Positions 55,472 to 64,000 of a stretch of 64,000 nucleotides of DNA are shown here, piece by piece. How positions within the stretch are numbered: position 1 is the first letter of the stretch; every line of letters starts with the position of its first letter. The position numbers were made by a program, and so were the translations under genes. The notes under the pieces were generated by a model, which saw nothing but the letters and a program-made list of their open reading frames with translations, was not told the origin of the DNA and did no database searches. Where the stretch lies: assembly GCA_964354405.1 (NCBI GenBank), contig CAYGZP010000002.1, positions 5,061 to 69,060 on the forward strand, in the 5' to 3' direction. Origin of the DNA: Candidatus Woesearchaeota archaeon (GTDB taxonomy: Archaea; Nanobdellota; Nanobdellia; Pacearchaeales; UBA284).

Positions 55472-56515
55472 ATGAAAACTAAATTTGCCTCTTATTGCCT
55501 GAAGGCAAATGGAATTCCCGAAGGCTGCAGATATTGTGTCAAGGGACAAAAACTTGTTCTCTTCATCACAGGCAAATGCTCCCGAGCCTGTTTCTACTGC
55601 TCGCTCAGCAATAAAAGAAAAAACCGCGATATAGTATGGGCAAATGAACGCGAGTGCCAGAAAGTCAAGGATATGATAGAAGAAGTCAAGGCATCTAGGG
55701 CAAGGGGTGCAGGCATAACAGGCGGCGATCCTTTACTTTATTTAGGCAGAACAATAAAATATGCAAAAGCCCTGAAAAAAGAATTTGGAAAATCGTTCCA
55801 CATACATATCTATCTTCCGACAAAACTCGTGACAAGAAACAAACTAAAGAAACTCTCTCCTTACATCGATGAAATCCGCTTTCACCCTAATTTTCTTACA
55901 AGCGATATTAAAGTCATAAAAGAAGAGATAGCAAAAGTAAGGCTTGCTTCTCAACTCTGGCCAAGAGAGAGCATTGGACTCGAGCTTCCATTGTTGCCTG
56001 ATAAATATATAGAAACATTGAGAATAATCCGAGCATGCTCGCATTTCATAGGCTTCGTCAATCTAAACGAGCTCGAAATCTCAGATACAAATTTTAATTA
56101 TATAACTCGCCACTACAAACTCAATAAAGATACTTACACAATCAAGGGTTCGAAAGAAACCGGCTTGAAAATCATGAACGAGTTGATGAATTCAAAACTA
56201 AAAATCCATCTATGCACAGCCAAGACAAAAAATCTTTATCAGTACAAGAATCGCCTCAAGCTCAGAAAAATCCTGCCTTTCGGCTTCAAGACAAGTGAAG
56301 GAAGCGTGAGATATTTTGTGATTTACAGCAAAGACACAAAGAAATTGGGCAAGATAAAAAATAAGTTTAAAAATCAGACATATCTTGATCAGAATAACCG
56401 AAGGCTTATCATTTCAGAGAAACTGGCCTCGCAACTTATCAACAAATATAAAATCGCGAGAGTCGAGGAACTTCCGACAGCTGATTCAACTCTTATTTCG
56501 CTCGAATATTTATAA
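55472..56515 (+). CDS. radical SAM protein
   Basis: 'ITGKCSRACFYCS' (CX3CX2C) and 'GITGGDPLL'. Three additional N-terminal Cys (C9, C19, C22). Confidence 0.65.
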   Translation: MKTKFASYCLKANGIPEGCRYCVKGQKLVLFITGKCSRACFYCSLSNKRKNRDIVWANERECQKVKDMIEEVKASRARGAGITGGDPLLYLGRTIKYAKALKKEFGKSFHIHIYLPTKLVTRNKLKKLSPYIDEIRFHPNFLTSDIKVIKEEIAKVRLASQLWPRESIGLELPLLPDKYIETLRIIRACSHFIGFVNLNELEISDTNFNYITRHYKLNKDTYTIKGSKETGLKIMNELMNSKLKIHLCTAKTKNLYQYKNRLKLRKILPFGFKTSEGSVRYFVIYSKDTKKLGKIKNKFKNQTYLDQNNRRLIISEKLASQLINKYKIARVEELPTADSTLISLEYL

Positions 56516-56542
56516 AATTTTAAAAATATAAAAAACTGAAAA

Positions 56543-57304
56543 ATGGCGCACATTTCATTCGATGTTATAGGGAATATAGCAATTCTACAAGCAAAAGACA
56601 AAAAAGAAAGCTATATGAGAAAGTTCGCCCAGAAATTGCTAAAAGAACAGAGAAATATCCATGGAGTTTTCTTGCGAGGCAAAATTCAAGGAAGAATCCG
56701 CGTTCCAAGACTAAAATGGCTTGCTGGCTCGAGAGACTTGGAAACAATCCACAAAGAATCAGGAGTGTTTTACAAGCTTAATGTTGCTACATGTTACTTC
56801 TCGCCTCGATTAGGCACAGATCGCGTTGAACTTGCAAAAAAAGTTAAGAAAGGCGAGCGAGTATTGGTGATGTTCTCTGGAATCGCGCCTTATGGCATCA
56901 TAATCGCAAAATACAGCAGCGCCAAAGAAATTTATTGCATCGAATTAGGCAAAGAAGCTTCGCGATATGCAAGAGAGAATGTAAAGTTAAACAAATTGAA
57001 TAATGTAAAGACTATCCAAGGCGATGTCAAGAAAAAAATCCCAGAATTAAAAATCAAATTTGACAGGATTGTCATGGCCCGCGCCCAATTAAAAGAAGAT
57101 TTTCTCAAACAGGCCTTTCTTGCCTCAAAAAAAGGAACAATAATTCATTTCTACGACTTTGTTAAAAACTTAAACGAGTCTGTAGAGAAGATAAACAATG
57201 CAGCAAAGAAATCCTCGAGAGCGATAGAGATACTCGGTTTCAAGAAAGTGCGCGAAATCGCGCCTTACAAATATCACATAAGGATAGATTTTAAAATACT
57301 CTGA
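56543..57304 (+). CDS. trm5: Trm5/Taw2-family (Met-10+ like) SAM-dependent tRNA methyltransferase
   Basis: 'FDVIGNIAILQ' N-terminal signature and the SAM motif 'VLVMFSGIAPYGIIIAK'. The NLP-type motif is replaced ('DRIVMARAQ'). Confidence 0.6.
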   Translation: MAHISFDVIGNIAILQAKDKKESYMRKFAQKLLKEQRNIHGVFLRGKIQGRIRVPRLKWLAGSRDLETIHKESGVFYKLNVATCYFSPRLGTDRVELAKKVKKGERVLVMFSGIAPYGIIIAKYSSAKEIYCIELGKEASRYARENVKLNKLNNVKTIQGDVKKKIPELKIKFDRIVMARAQLKEDFLKQAFLASKKGTIIHFYDFVKNLNESVEKINNAAKKSSRAIEILGFKKVREIAPYKYHIRIDFKIL

Positions 57305-57340
57305 ACTTAAATTTAATAATAAAAGTTTGACAACAAAAAG

Positions 57341-57904
57341 ATGTGGCTAAAGAAAGTATGGGACTTTTTATGGAATAGCAACTCTATATGGAGTTGGATA
57401 GTTGATATAGTCCTTATGTTTCTTATAGTAAAATTTGTTCTGCTGCCTTTATGTGGGTTGATTCTTGCTACTTCAACTCCCTTGATGATTATCGAATCAG
57501 GGAGCATGACTCACGAAGGCAATTTTGACTCATGGTTTTCAGTTCATGGCCAGTGGTACTTGGATAATAATATAACAAAGGCAGAGATAGAAAAATGGCC
57601 ATGGCACAATGGGCTTTACAAGGGAGACATAATGATAATCAAAGGTTTGAAAGATTATAATTACAAGAAAGGCGATGTCATTGTATTCAGAGTTCAAAAT
57701 CAAGGCACTCCAATCATCCACAGGCTTATGGACATCAAAACTGATGAGAATAATGAGACAATTTTTATTACAAAGGGGGATCACAACGACGGACAGCTGC
57801 CTTACGAGCTTAATGTTGAAAAATCTCAAGTTACTGGCAAAGCAGTAGTCCAGATTCCAAAGCTCGGATGGGTGAAACTTTTCTTCGTCGAGCTTTTCAG
57901 ATAA
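57341..57904 (+). CDS. signal peptidase I (archaeal/eukaryal S26B, Sec11-like)
   Basis: TM anchor, then 'ESGSMTHEG' (catalytic Ser), 'GDVIVFR...PIIHRL' (His) and 'TKGDHND'. Confidence 0.75.
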   Translation: MWLKKVWDFLWNSNSIWSWIVDIVLMFLIVKFVLLPLCGLILATSTPLMIIESGSMTHEGNFDSWFSVHGQWYLDNNITKAEIEKWPWHNGLYKGDIMIIKGLKDYNYKKGDVIVFRVQNQGTPIIHRLMDIKTDENNETIFITKGDHNDGQLPYELNVEKSQVTGKAVVQIPKLGWVKLFFVELFR

Positions 57905-58020
57905 ACAAGAGCATTTTGCCTTTACTCCCAAGTTTAAACTGTAAGAGCACAAGGTTTTTAAATGATAAAACTGTAAAACCATAACCTTAAAATAAGGGAG
58001 AAAATAACAAAAGGTGAAAA

Positions 58021-58329
58021 ATGCAATTTTGTCCGAAGTGTGGAACAATTTTAGTGCAGAAGAAAAGCAAGTTTTGTTGCCCTAAATGCAATTACTGTAC
58101 AAAAGAGAAAGTCAAAATTATTTCAAGTGAGAAAATGGAGAAGGGCGCTAAAATCAATGTGTTGCATGAAAAAGATGCGAATGTTTGGCCAACAGTAACT
58201 GAAACATGCCCGAAGTGCGGAAATGAAAAAGCATATACATTCTCAGCGCAGATGAGAGCTGGAGACGAAGCAGAGACAAGATTTTTCAAGTGCACGAAAT
58301 GCAAATACTCTTGGCGAGACTATAGTTAA
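58021..58329 (+). CDS. tfs: transcription factor S (TFS / RpoM, TFIIS C-terminal zinc ribbon)
   Basis: N-terminal ribbon 'CPKCGTILV...CPKC'. C-terminal 'CPKCGNEKAYTFSAQMRAGDEAETRFFKCTKCKYSWR'. Confidence 0.9.
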   Translation: MQFCPKCGTILVQKKSKFCCPKCNYCTKEKVKIISSEKMEKGAKINVLHEKDANVWPTVTETCPKCGNEKAYTFSAQMRAGDEAETRFFKCTKCKYSWRDYS

Positions 58330-58424
58330 TTTGTTTTTGTCAATTCTTTCTTTTTTTCTTTTAATTTTTAAACATTCTAATCTATCACTATAATTATTTT
58401 AAACACTATTTTTCTCAAGGACAT

Positions 58425-58901
58425 ATGGAATATATTAAAGCGCACGAAGAAGTAGAAAAAACAAAATATTTTATGGAAAAGGCAGCAGAAGAAGCTAGAA
58501 AATCTACATGCAAGAAATCTCAGAGAGGAGCTGTAATCGTAAGAGATAGTAAAATAATAGGATTGGGGCACAATAAACCACTACTCGAAGAGTTTTGTAA
58601 TCCTTGCATCCGAGAGGATATTAAGGATAATAGTAGAGTCGAATTATGTTCTGCAATCCACGCTGAACAGATGGCAATTTTAGATGCTATTAAAAAAGGT
58701 AATTTATTAGGAGGTTCAAGAATGTATCATGTTAAAGTTAAAAATGGAGAGATGCGGCCTTCTGGAAAGCCTTCCTGCACAGTATGTAGTAGAATAATTG
58801 ATTTTGCGGGCATCGAATTTGTTTTATGGCATAAAGAAGGTTATGCTCTTTATAGCCCAGCAGAATTTAATATGCTATCTTTCTACTATTTTAAAAAATA
58901 A
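58425..58901 (+). CDS. dCMP / cytidine deaminase family zinc enzyme
   Basis: 'CSAIHAEQMAI' (HAE) and 'PSCTVCSRII' (PCxxC). Confidence 0.75.
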   Translation: MEYIKAHEEVEKTKYFMEKAAEEARKSTCKKSQRGAVIVRDSKIIGLGHNKPLLEEFCNPCIREDIKDNSRVELCSAIHAEQMAILDAIKKGNLLGGSRMYHVKVKNGEMRPSGKPSCTVCSRIIDFAGIEFVLWHKEGYALYSPAEFNMLSFYYFKK

Positions 58902-58919
58902 TTTTTAGGTTTCTAAATC

Positions 58920-58927
58920 TTTATAAA
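58920..58927 (+). promoter_or_regulatory. TATA-like box for tRNA-Lys
   Basis: TTTATAAA centred 27 nt upstream of tRNA position 1. Confidence 0.55.
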
Positions 58928-58950
58928 TAATAAATCTTTTATGGAGTTAC

Positions 58951-59026
58951 GGGTCCGTAGCTCAGTCTGGTTTAGAGCACAGCACTCTTAATGCTGGTGT
59001 CGGGGGTTCAAATCCCCTCGGGCTCA
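58951..59026 (+). tRNA. tRNA-Lys(CTT)
   Basis: Acceptor GGGTCCG/CGGGCTC (two G-U pairs), anticodon stem CAGCA/TGCTG with loop CTCTTAA, T arm GGGGG-TTCAAAT-CCCCT, discriminator A. No CCA. Confidence 0.85.
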
Positions 59027-59059
59027 TTCGTTTAATTTATTTTTCAAGGGGAAAACAAT

Positions 59060-59740
59060 ATGAAAAGCGCAATTTTATTCTCAGGAGGCAAGGATTCTTG
59101 CTTAGCTCTGCATTATGCTCTCAAGAACAGCGAAGTCAAATGTTTAATCACTCTCATTTCAGAGAACAAAGCAAGTTACATGTTCCACACTCCTAACATC
59201 TCCCTTGCTGAAAAGCAGGCTGAAATCATTGGACTTCCGATAATAGTAAAGAAAACAAAAGGTGAGAAGGAAAAAGAGCTTGAAGATTTGAAAGCCGCGA
59301 TTATAGAAACCAAAGCCAAATATCGCATTGAAGAAATCTTCACTGGCGCGATAGCAAGTTTTTATCAAAAATCAAGAGTTGAGCAAATTTGCGAGGAGTT
59401 AGGATTAAAATGCTCGAGTCCTTTATGGCAGCGCGACCAATTCGAACTGCTCCAAGAAATAATCAACTTAAACTTCGAAGTCATTATCACAGGAGCTTTT
59501 GCTTTAGGCTTGGACAGTTTCATAGGAAAAAAGATAGATGCAAAATTCCTTGAAGACATAAGGAAAGTCCATGAAAAATATAAAATCAACCCTGCTGGCG
59601 AGGGCGGCGAGTTTGAAACCTTCACTCTAAACGCACCTTTCTTCAAAAAAGCATTGAAAATAGAGAAAAGCCACATTGAGCAAGACAAAGAAGGCTGTAA
59701 AATTCTTGTGATTGAGCAAGTTTCTCTAAAGGATAAATAA
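59060..59740 (+). CDS. PP-loop ATP pyrophosphatase, diphthine-ammonia ligase (Dph6/MJ0570) family
   Basis: 'LFSGGKDSCLAL' PP-loop and 'NPAGEGGEFETF'. Confidence 0.75.
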   Translation: MKSAILFSGGKDSCLALHYALKNSEVKCLITLISENKASYMFHTPNISLAEKQAEIIGLPIIVKKTKGEKEKELEDLKAAIIETKAKYRIEEIFTGAIASFYQKSRVEQICEELGLKCSSPLWQRDQFELLQEIINLNFEVIITGAFALGLDSFIGKKIDAKFLEDIRKVHEKYKINPAGEGGEFETFTLNAPFFKKALKIEKSHIEQDKEGCKILVIEQVSLKDK

Positions 59741-59816
59741 CATTAATAGTGTCAAAAATCACAGAAAACCTTTTAAATTCAAGCCACGCAATAAACTATA
59801 ATAAATCAAATAAAAA

Positions 59817-61448
59817 ATGACAGACAACAAACAGCCAGTTTATATTTTGCCAGAAAATGTTCAAAGAATGTTAGGTAGAGATGCCCAAAGAAACAACATT
59901 CTTGCGGCGCGCATAGTCGCAGAGACAATTAAAACTACTCTTGGGCCAAAAGGCATGGACAAGATGTTAGTTGATAGTATCGGAAATATCACTGTAACAA
60001 ATGATGGTGTAACAATCTTAGAAGAGATGGAGATAGAACATCCTGCTGCAAAGATGATGGTTGAAATTGCCAAAACTCAGGAAGCTGAAGTCGGCGATGG
60101 CACCACAACCGCTGTAATTTTGGCAGGCAAGCTTCTAGAAAACGCCGAGAAGCTTCTTGATGAGAAGATTCATCCGACTGTCATAACAAAGGGCTACAGA
60201 ATCGCAGCTGAGAAAGCACAGCAGATTGCCCGAGAATTAGCAATAGGTGTCTCGCCAGAAAAAGAAGTGCTGTTAAAACAGATTGTCATGACAGCAATGA
60301 CTGGCAAAGGTGCAGAATCAGCAAAGGAAAAGTTGAGCGATGTTGTAGTCAAGGCAGTCAAGCAAGTCTTAGAAAGAACAGAAGAAGGACTTTCAATTGA
60401 CAAGAATAATATTAAGCTTGAAAAGAAAAAAGGCGAAGGTATAGAAGACACTGAGCTTATTTCAGGGATAGTTCTTGACAAGCAGCGAGTTTCTCAAGAC
60501 ATGCCATCACAAGTAAGAAATGCTAAAATTGCCTTGTTAGACATGGCAATGGAAGTCAAGGGCCCTGAAACCGAAGCCAAGATTCAAATCACAGCTCCTG
60601 AACAACTTCAAGCGTTCATAGATCAGGAAGACAAAATTCTAAGAAGTATGGTTGAAAAAATTAAGAAAGTAGGCGCTAATGTAATCTTGTGCCAGAAAGG
60701 CATTGACGATGTCGCGCAATATTATCTATCAAAGTTAGGCATATTTGCGGCAAGAAGAATAAAAAAGAGCGACATTGATTTGATAGCAAAAGCCACTGGA
60801 GCAAAAATAGTTAGCAATTTGAATGAACTCACTCCAGAAGACTTGGGCAAAGCCAGACTTGTCAAAGAAGTCAAGGAAGGCAATGAAGAGGGCATGACTT
60901 ATATTACGGGCTGTGACAATCCAAAAGCGCTCACAATCCTTATTCGCGGAGGCACAGAACATGTTATTGACGAGTTGGAAAGAGCAATCAAGGATGGAAT
61001 CGGAGATGTTATAGTTGCCTTGGAGAAAGGTTTTGTTGTTGCCGGCGGCGGCGCCTTTGAAATGGAACTGTCAAAAAGACTCCAAGAATTCTCGCAAAGT
61101 GTCAAAGGCCGCGAGCAGCTTGCAATCAAAGCATTCGCAGAATCTTTAGAAGTCATCCCAAGAACACTCGCTGAGAATGCAGGCTTGGATCCTATAGACA
61201 TTTTAACAGAACTCAAAGCAAGACATGACAGGAAAGAAGTTACCATTGGCTTAGATTTGACAACAAGCTCAAAAGAAAGCGCGATATGCAACACCCTAGA
61301 CAGAGGAATTATCGAGCCTCTTGAGATAAAGAATCAAGCTCTTAAGTCAGCAAGTGAAGTTGCAATGATGATTCTAAGGATAGATGATGTCATAGCCTCC
61401 AACAGGGGCTCGGGCAAGATGCCCCAGATGTCCCAGGAAGAATATTAA
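59817..61448 (+). CDS. ths: thermosome subunit (group II chaperonin)
   Basis: '[12 protein letters not shown]', '[13 protein letters not shown]' and '[12 protein letters not shown]'. Confidence 0.95.
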   Translation: MTDNKQPVYILPENVQRMLGRDAQRNNILAARIVAETIKTTLGPKGMDKMLVDSIGNITVTNDGVTILEEMEIEHPAAKMMVEIAKTQEAEVGDGTTTAVILAGKLLENAEKLLDEKIHPTVITKGYRIAAEKAQQIARELAIGVSPEKEVLLKQIVMTAMTGKGAESAKEKLSDVVVKAVKQVLERTEEGLSIDKNNIKLEKKKGEGIEDTELISGIVLDKQRVSQDMPSQVRNAKIALLDMAMEVKGPETEAKIQITAPEQLQAFIDQEDKILRSMVEKIKKVGANVILCQKGIDDVAQYYLSKLGIFAARRIKKSDIDLIAKATGAKIVSNLNELTPEDLGKARLVKEVKEGNEEGMTYITGCDNPKALTILIRGGTEHVIDELERAIKDGIGDVIVALEKGFVVAGGGAFEMELSKRLQEFSQSVKGREQLAIKAFAESLEVIPRTLAENAGLDPIDILTELKARHDRKEVTIGLDLTTSSKESAICNTLDRGIIEPLEIKNQALKSASEVAMMILRIDDVIASNRGSGKMPQMSQEEY

Positions 61449-61450
61449 AA

Positions 61451-61458
61451 TTTAAATA
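61451..61458 (+). promoter_or_regulatory. TATA-like box for tRNA-Gly(GCC)
   Basis: TTTAAATA centred about 27 nt upstream of tRNA position 1. Confidence 0.5.
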
Positions 61459-61481
61459 TCCTTTTTTCTTTTATCTTGCGT

Positions 61482-61553
61482 GCGCGGGTAGTATAGTGGT
61501 TAGTATTCGACGTTGCCAACGTTGTGACCCGAGTTCGAATCTCGGCCCGCGCA
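61482..61553 (+). tRNA. tRNA-Gly(GCC)
   Basis: Acceptor GCGCGGG/CCCGCGC, anticodon stem CGACG/CGTTG with loop TTGCCAA, T arm CCGAG-TTCGAAT-CTCGG, discriminator A. No CCA. Confidence 0.85.
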
Positions 61554-61567
61554 TTTCAGGAATTAAG

Positions 61568-61843
61568 ATGAAAGAAGAAGTTAATAAAACACTATTGAAG
61601 GATGCAGAGGAATTATTTAATCGTCCTGACGTAGAAATAATGGCTCTTTCGTTAGGTAAAAATGAAAAGTGGGCGGAGAATCTTCAGATGGCTATGACTA
61701 TTAAATTGAGAAGAACCTTACTTTCTCTTAATGAAAATATAGAAAAATTTAATTTAGCGAGTAAGATTAGTTCAGGAATTATGATTGTATTAACTATAAT
61801 CCTTGCTATTTTGACTACTATTTTAGTGTGTAAAGGATTATAA
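61568..61843 (+). CDS. hypothetical protein with C-terminal TM helix
   Basis: The ATG at 61568 is the first start clear of the tRNA; the track start at 61496 lies inside tRNA-Gly. C-terminal 'IMIVLTIILAILTTILV'. Confidence 0.35.
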   Translation: MKEEVNKTLLKDAEELFNRPDVEIMALSLGKNEKWAENLQMAMTIKLRRTLLSLNENIEKFNLASKISSGIMIVLTIILAILTTILVCKGL

Positions 61844-61901
61844 TTTCTGTTTAAAAAAGTCAAGGCAATAGATATAAATAGTTTTGATTTTTATATTTTA
61901 T

Positions 61902-62114
61902 ATGGCAGGAATTAATTTTAACCCAAAAAGTTTACTTTCATTTTTAACAGCGGTCAGCTTTCTTGGTTGGTTAGGTGGAATTGCATTAAAATCAACTAAT
62001 GAATCAGTTGGTTCTCAAATTGTAAGTGTTTCCATTCCAATTTTTATTATATGTTTTGCAATATGGTTGATTTTTGTACTTATAACTATCGCAAGAAATA
62101 TTAAAAAGTTCTAA
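61902..62114 (+). CDS. hypothetical small membrane protein
   Basis: Two predicted TM helices. The ATG at 61902 lies downstream of the TTG track start. Confidence 0.3.
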   Translation: MAGINFNPKSLLSFLTAVSFLGWLGGIALKSTNESVGSQIVSVSIPIFIICFAIWLIFVLITIARNIKKF

Positions 62115-62124
62115 CGAAAATAAA

Positions 62125-62352
62125 ATGACAATTACTTTAAACGGTTTTGGAGAAATTGAAAATAAAGTTTATAAAGTAAAAGGAATAAAAATCAAATGGT
62201 GGAAAACCCCCACTACAGAACTTAAGGTTGTTTTTGAAAAAATACACGACGTTGAACCTATGACCGATGAAGAATGTAAAGAAATAATAACCAGTTTAGA
62301 AAATCTCAGTAAGTGGGACGAATATAAGAAATTAAAAAAAGAATTGGATTAA
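62125..62352 (+). CDS. hypothetical protein
   Basis: 75-aa ORF. Its stop lies 1 nt before the next ATG. Confidence 0.3.
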   Translation: MTITLNGFGEIENKVYKVKGIKIKWWKTPTTELKVVFEKIHDVEPMTDEECKEIITSLENLSKWDEYKKLKKELD

Positions 62353-62353
62353 A

Positions 62354-63184
62354 ATGAAAAAAGAAAATAAACCGAAGGTAGATAAAGAGTACAAGTGGTG
62401 GGGCATAGGGGCTATTATAGGTGGATTGATTCTTATGTATTTTACTAATATAATTGTAGGGGCTATTGTATTAATGTTCGGAATTGTTACTTTAATACTT
62501 AGAAAAGATTGGAATTTATTAGTGATAGGGATTTTGGTTATTTTATTAGGTGGAACATATTTCATAGATGAATTAATGTCCAAACAAAGTTTTTCTTATA
62601 TTAGTGTTATACTAATTCTAATTGGTGTATATGCTTTAATAAGGTACTACAAGTCAGGTGAAAAAGAAGTTTCAAATAAAAAGAAACTTCTAATAATTGG
62701 GTTAGTATTGTTAGTTTTAATTATGTTAGTTTCAACATTCCTTTTCGAATCAACAATAAGCACAGAAAATATAAAAATAAAGATTTATGGAGAATATTTT
62801 ACTTCGAATGATTCTTTATATAGCGAGTATTCGTTAAACAAGGGATTGGCAGATGGAACTTATACTACTGAATACGCATACAATGAACTTACTAAAATTG
62901 AAAAAGAAATAAATGAAAGTGAGACAAAAATCAACGAGGCTTCAAAATATAGTCTTATAACCTATATTAGATGGAGCGGTTTCAGTGAGCGTAAGGAATA
63001 TACAGAAATATATCCTAATGGTTATAGAAGTATGATAGATTTTGAAAGAACATTGATAAGTGCAGGTGCATTTGAAGAGAAATGTGATTCTTCCGGCTGT
63101 AATGATGGGTGGTGCAAAGTAGAAGGAACAGATTATTGTTGTCCAAAGCCAAACATGAAGATTGTTGATGGTTATTGTTATTAG
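62354..63184 (+). CDS. hypothetical membrane protein with Cys-rich C-terminus
   Basis: Four or five TM helices, then a soluble region ending 'CDSSGCNDGWCKVEGTDYCCPKPNMKIVDGYCY'. Confidence 0.4.
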   Translation: MKKENKPKVDKEYKWWGIGAIIGGLILMYFTNIIVGAIVLMFGIVTLILRKDWNLLVIGILVILLGGTYFIDELMSKQSFSYISVILILIGVYALIRYYKSGEKEVSNKKKLLIIGLVLLVLIMLVSTFLFESTISTENIKIKIYGEYFTSNDSLYSEYSLNKGLADGTYTTEYAYNELTKIEKEINESETKINEASKYSLITYIRWSGFSERKEYTEIYPNGYRSMIDFERTLISAGAFEEKCDSSGCNDGWCKVEGTDYCCPKPNMKIVDGYCY

Positions 63185-63197
63185 AAAACCTTAAAAT

Positions 63198-64000
63198 CTA
63201 ACTCTCTCTTTCTTCCGGTTCGAGATATCTCAATCCTAACTTTTTGTAAACTTCTTCCTCGCTCTTGCCTGCTATCATTTTATTGGTTTTTCTGTCGAAT
63301 AATCCATACTCATTCAATTTGAAACCCTTTCTAATCGCAATCTCTCTCAACTTTATATTATGTTCTTTGCTTCCGGTAAAATACATTAGCGCAGCTCCGT
63401 AAGAGTTTTTTGAAACAACTCTAACATCTGCTTGAATTTCATTTTTTAATATCACAGCAGATTTTGTCTTGCCCTTAGCCAAAACTCGCGAAACTTCAGG
63501 CATCGAGGTGAAAACACTCATAACTTTCTCCGCGTTCTTGGAAACAACAAGAATGTCTATGTCGCGCACAGTTTCTTTTCTTCTTCTGATTGAGCCCGCG
63601 ACATCAATCTTTTCAATAACTTTTGTTTTCTTGAGCTGCTTGACAATATTTTCTGCAACAGGCAGAACTTCTTCAATAGGATATCGCTTGTCTTTTTTCA
63701 TTGATAATCCTTTTAATATTTCTTGCTCAGATTTCTCGCCGAATCCCGGAAGTTTTGCAATCTTGTGTTGCTTGATTGCTTTTTCCAAGTCTTTCAAATT
63801 TTTAATCCCAAGAATTTCATTCAATTTCTTGATTTTCTTCGGCCCTATTCCAGGAATTTCCATGAGCTCGCCAACATCTGCGCTTATACTTGCTTTGAGT
63901 TTTTCATGCGCGATGATTTTTCCTGTTTGCAAGTATTCTACAATCTTCTTGGCAAGAGCCTCTCCGACTCCAGGCAGATCTTCCAATCCTTTCAGTCCTC
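63198..64000 (-). CDS. DNA polymerase X family core (partial, N-terminus beyond window; no PHP domain)
   Basis: HhH 'LPGVGEALAKKI' and 'IPGIGPKKIKKL'. Nucleotidyltransferase 'VAGSIRRRKETVRDIDILV'. 'FTGSKEHNIKLREIA'. The frame stays open to the window edge. The protein ends at '..LEPEERES', where PolX-PHP fusions normally continue. Confidence 0.75.
   Translation of the reverse strand, partial: GLKGLEDLPGVGEALAKKIVEYLQTGKIIAHEKLKASISADVGELMEIPGIGPKKIKKLNEILGIKNLKDLEKAIKQHKIAKLPGFGEKSEQEILKGLSMKKDKRYPIEEVLPVAENIVKQLKKTKVIEKIDVAGSIRRRKETVRDIDILVVSKNAEKVMSVFTSMPEVSRVLAKGKTKSAVILKNEIQADVRVVSKNSYGAALMYFTGSKEHNIKLREIAIRKGFKLNEYGLFDRKTNKMIAGKSEEEVYKKLGLRYLEPEERES

Noticed and set aside
57539-58048. 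169-aa minus-strand ORF overlapping signal peptidase I and the tfs start
   Set aside because: It is antisense to two motif-supported genes. Its composition (F/L/C/Y-rich) is typical of a shadow frame.

Overview
AT-rich, densely packed archaeal chromosome segment, probably from a small-genome DPANN-type lineage (a guess based on gene content). Archaeal information-processing genes run through the whole window: aIF2 gamma and beta, aIF1A, aIF5B, S6e, TBP, TFE, TFS, MCM, an RPA-like OB-fold protein, thermosome, CCA-adding enzyme, MetRS, Trm5-like methyltransferase, Dph6, a KH/Dim2-like protein and a PolX core. There are six tRNA genes. None encodes the 3' CCA, and each has an A/T box centred about 27 nt upstream. 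Many ORFans lie between these genes, several of them secreted or membrane proteins. An unusual number of genes are bacterial in type: Lgt, a frameshifted sigma-70 factor, a membrane-anchored SLT lytic transglycosylase, a GGDEF diguanylate cyclase, an NrdR-controlled class II RNR cluster, and a protein with a T9SS-like C-terminal sorting domain. The strongest single observation is a tRNA gene split by a 506-nt insertion. The insertion carries the conserved core of a bacterial-type (IC3-like) group I intron plus an HNH endonuclease ORF. Group I splice-site rules convert the apparent Tyr(GTA) anticodon loop into Asn(GTT). A second tRNA, Ile(GAT), carries a classical 89-nt bulge-helix-bulge intron. 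I saw no rRNA, CRISPR array, integrase or transposase. All functional calls come from motif recognition by eye and need HMM or covariance-model confirmation.
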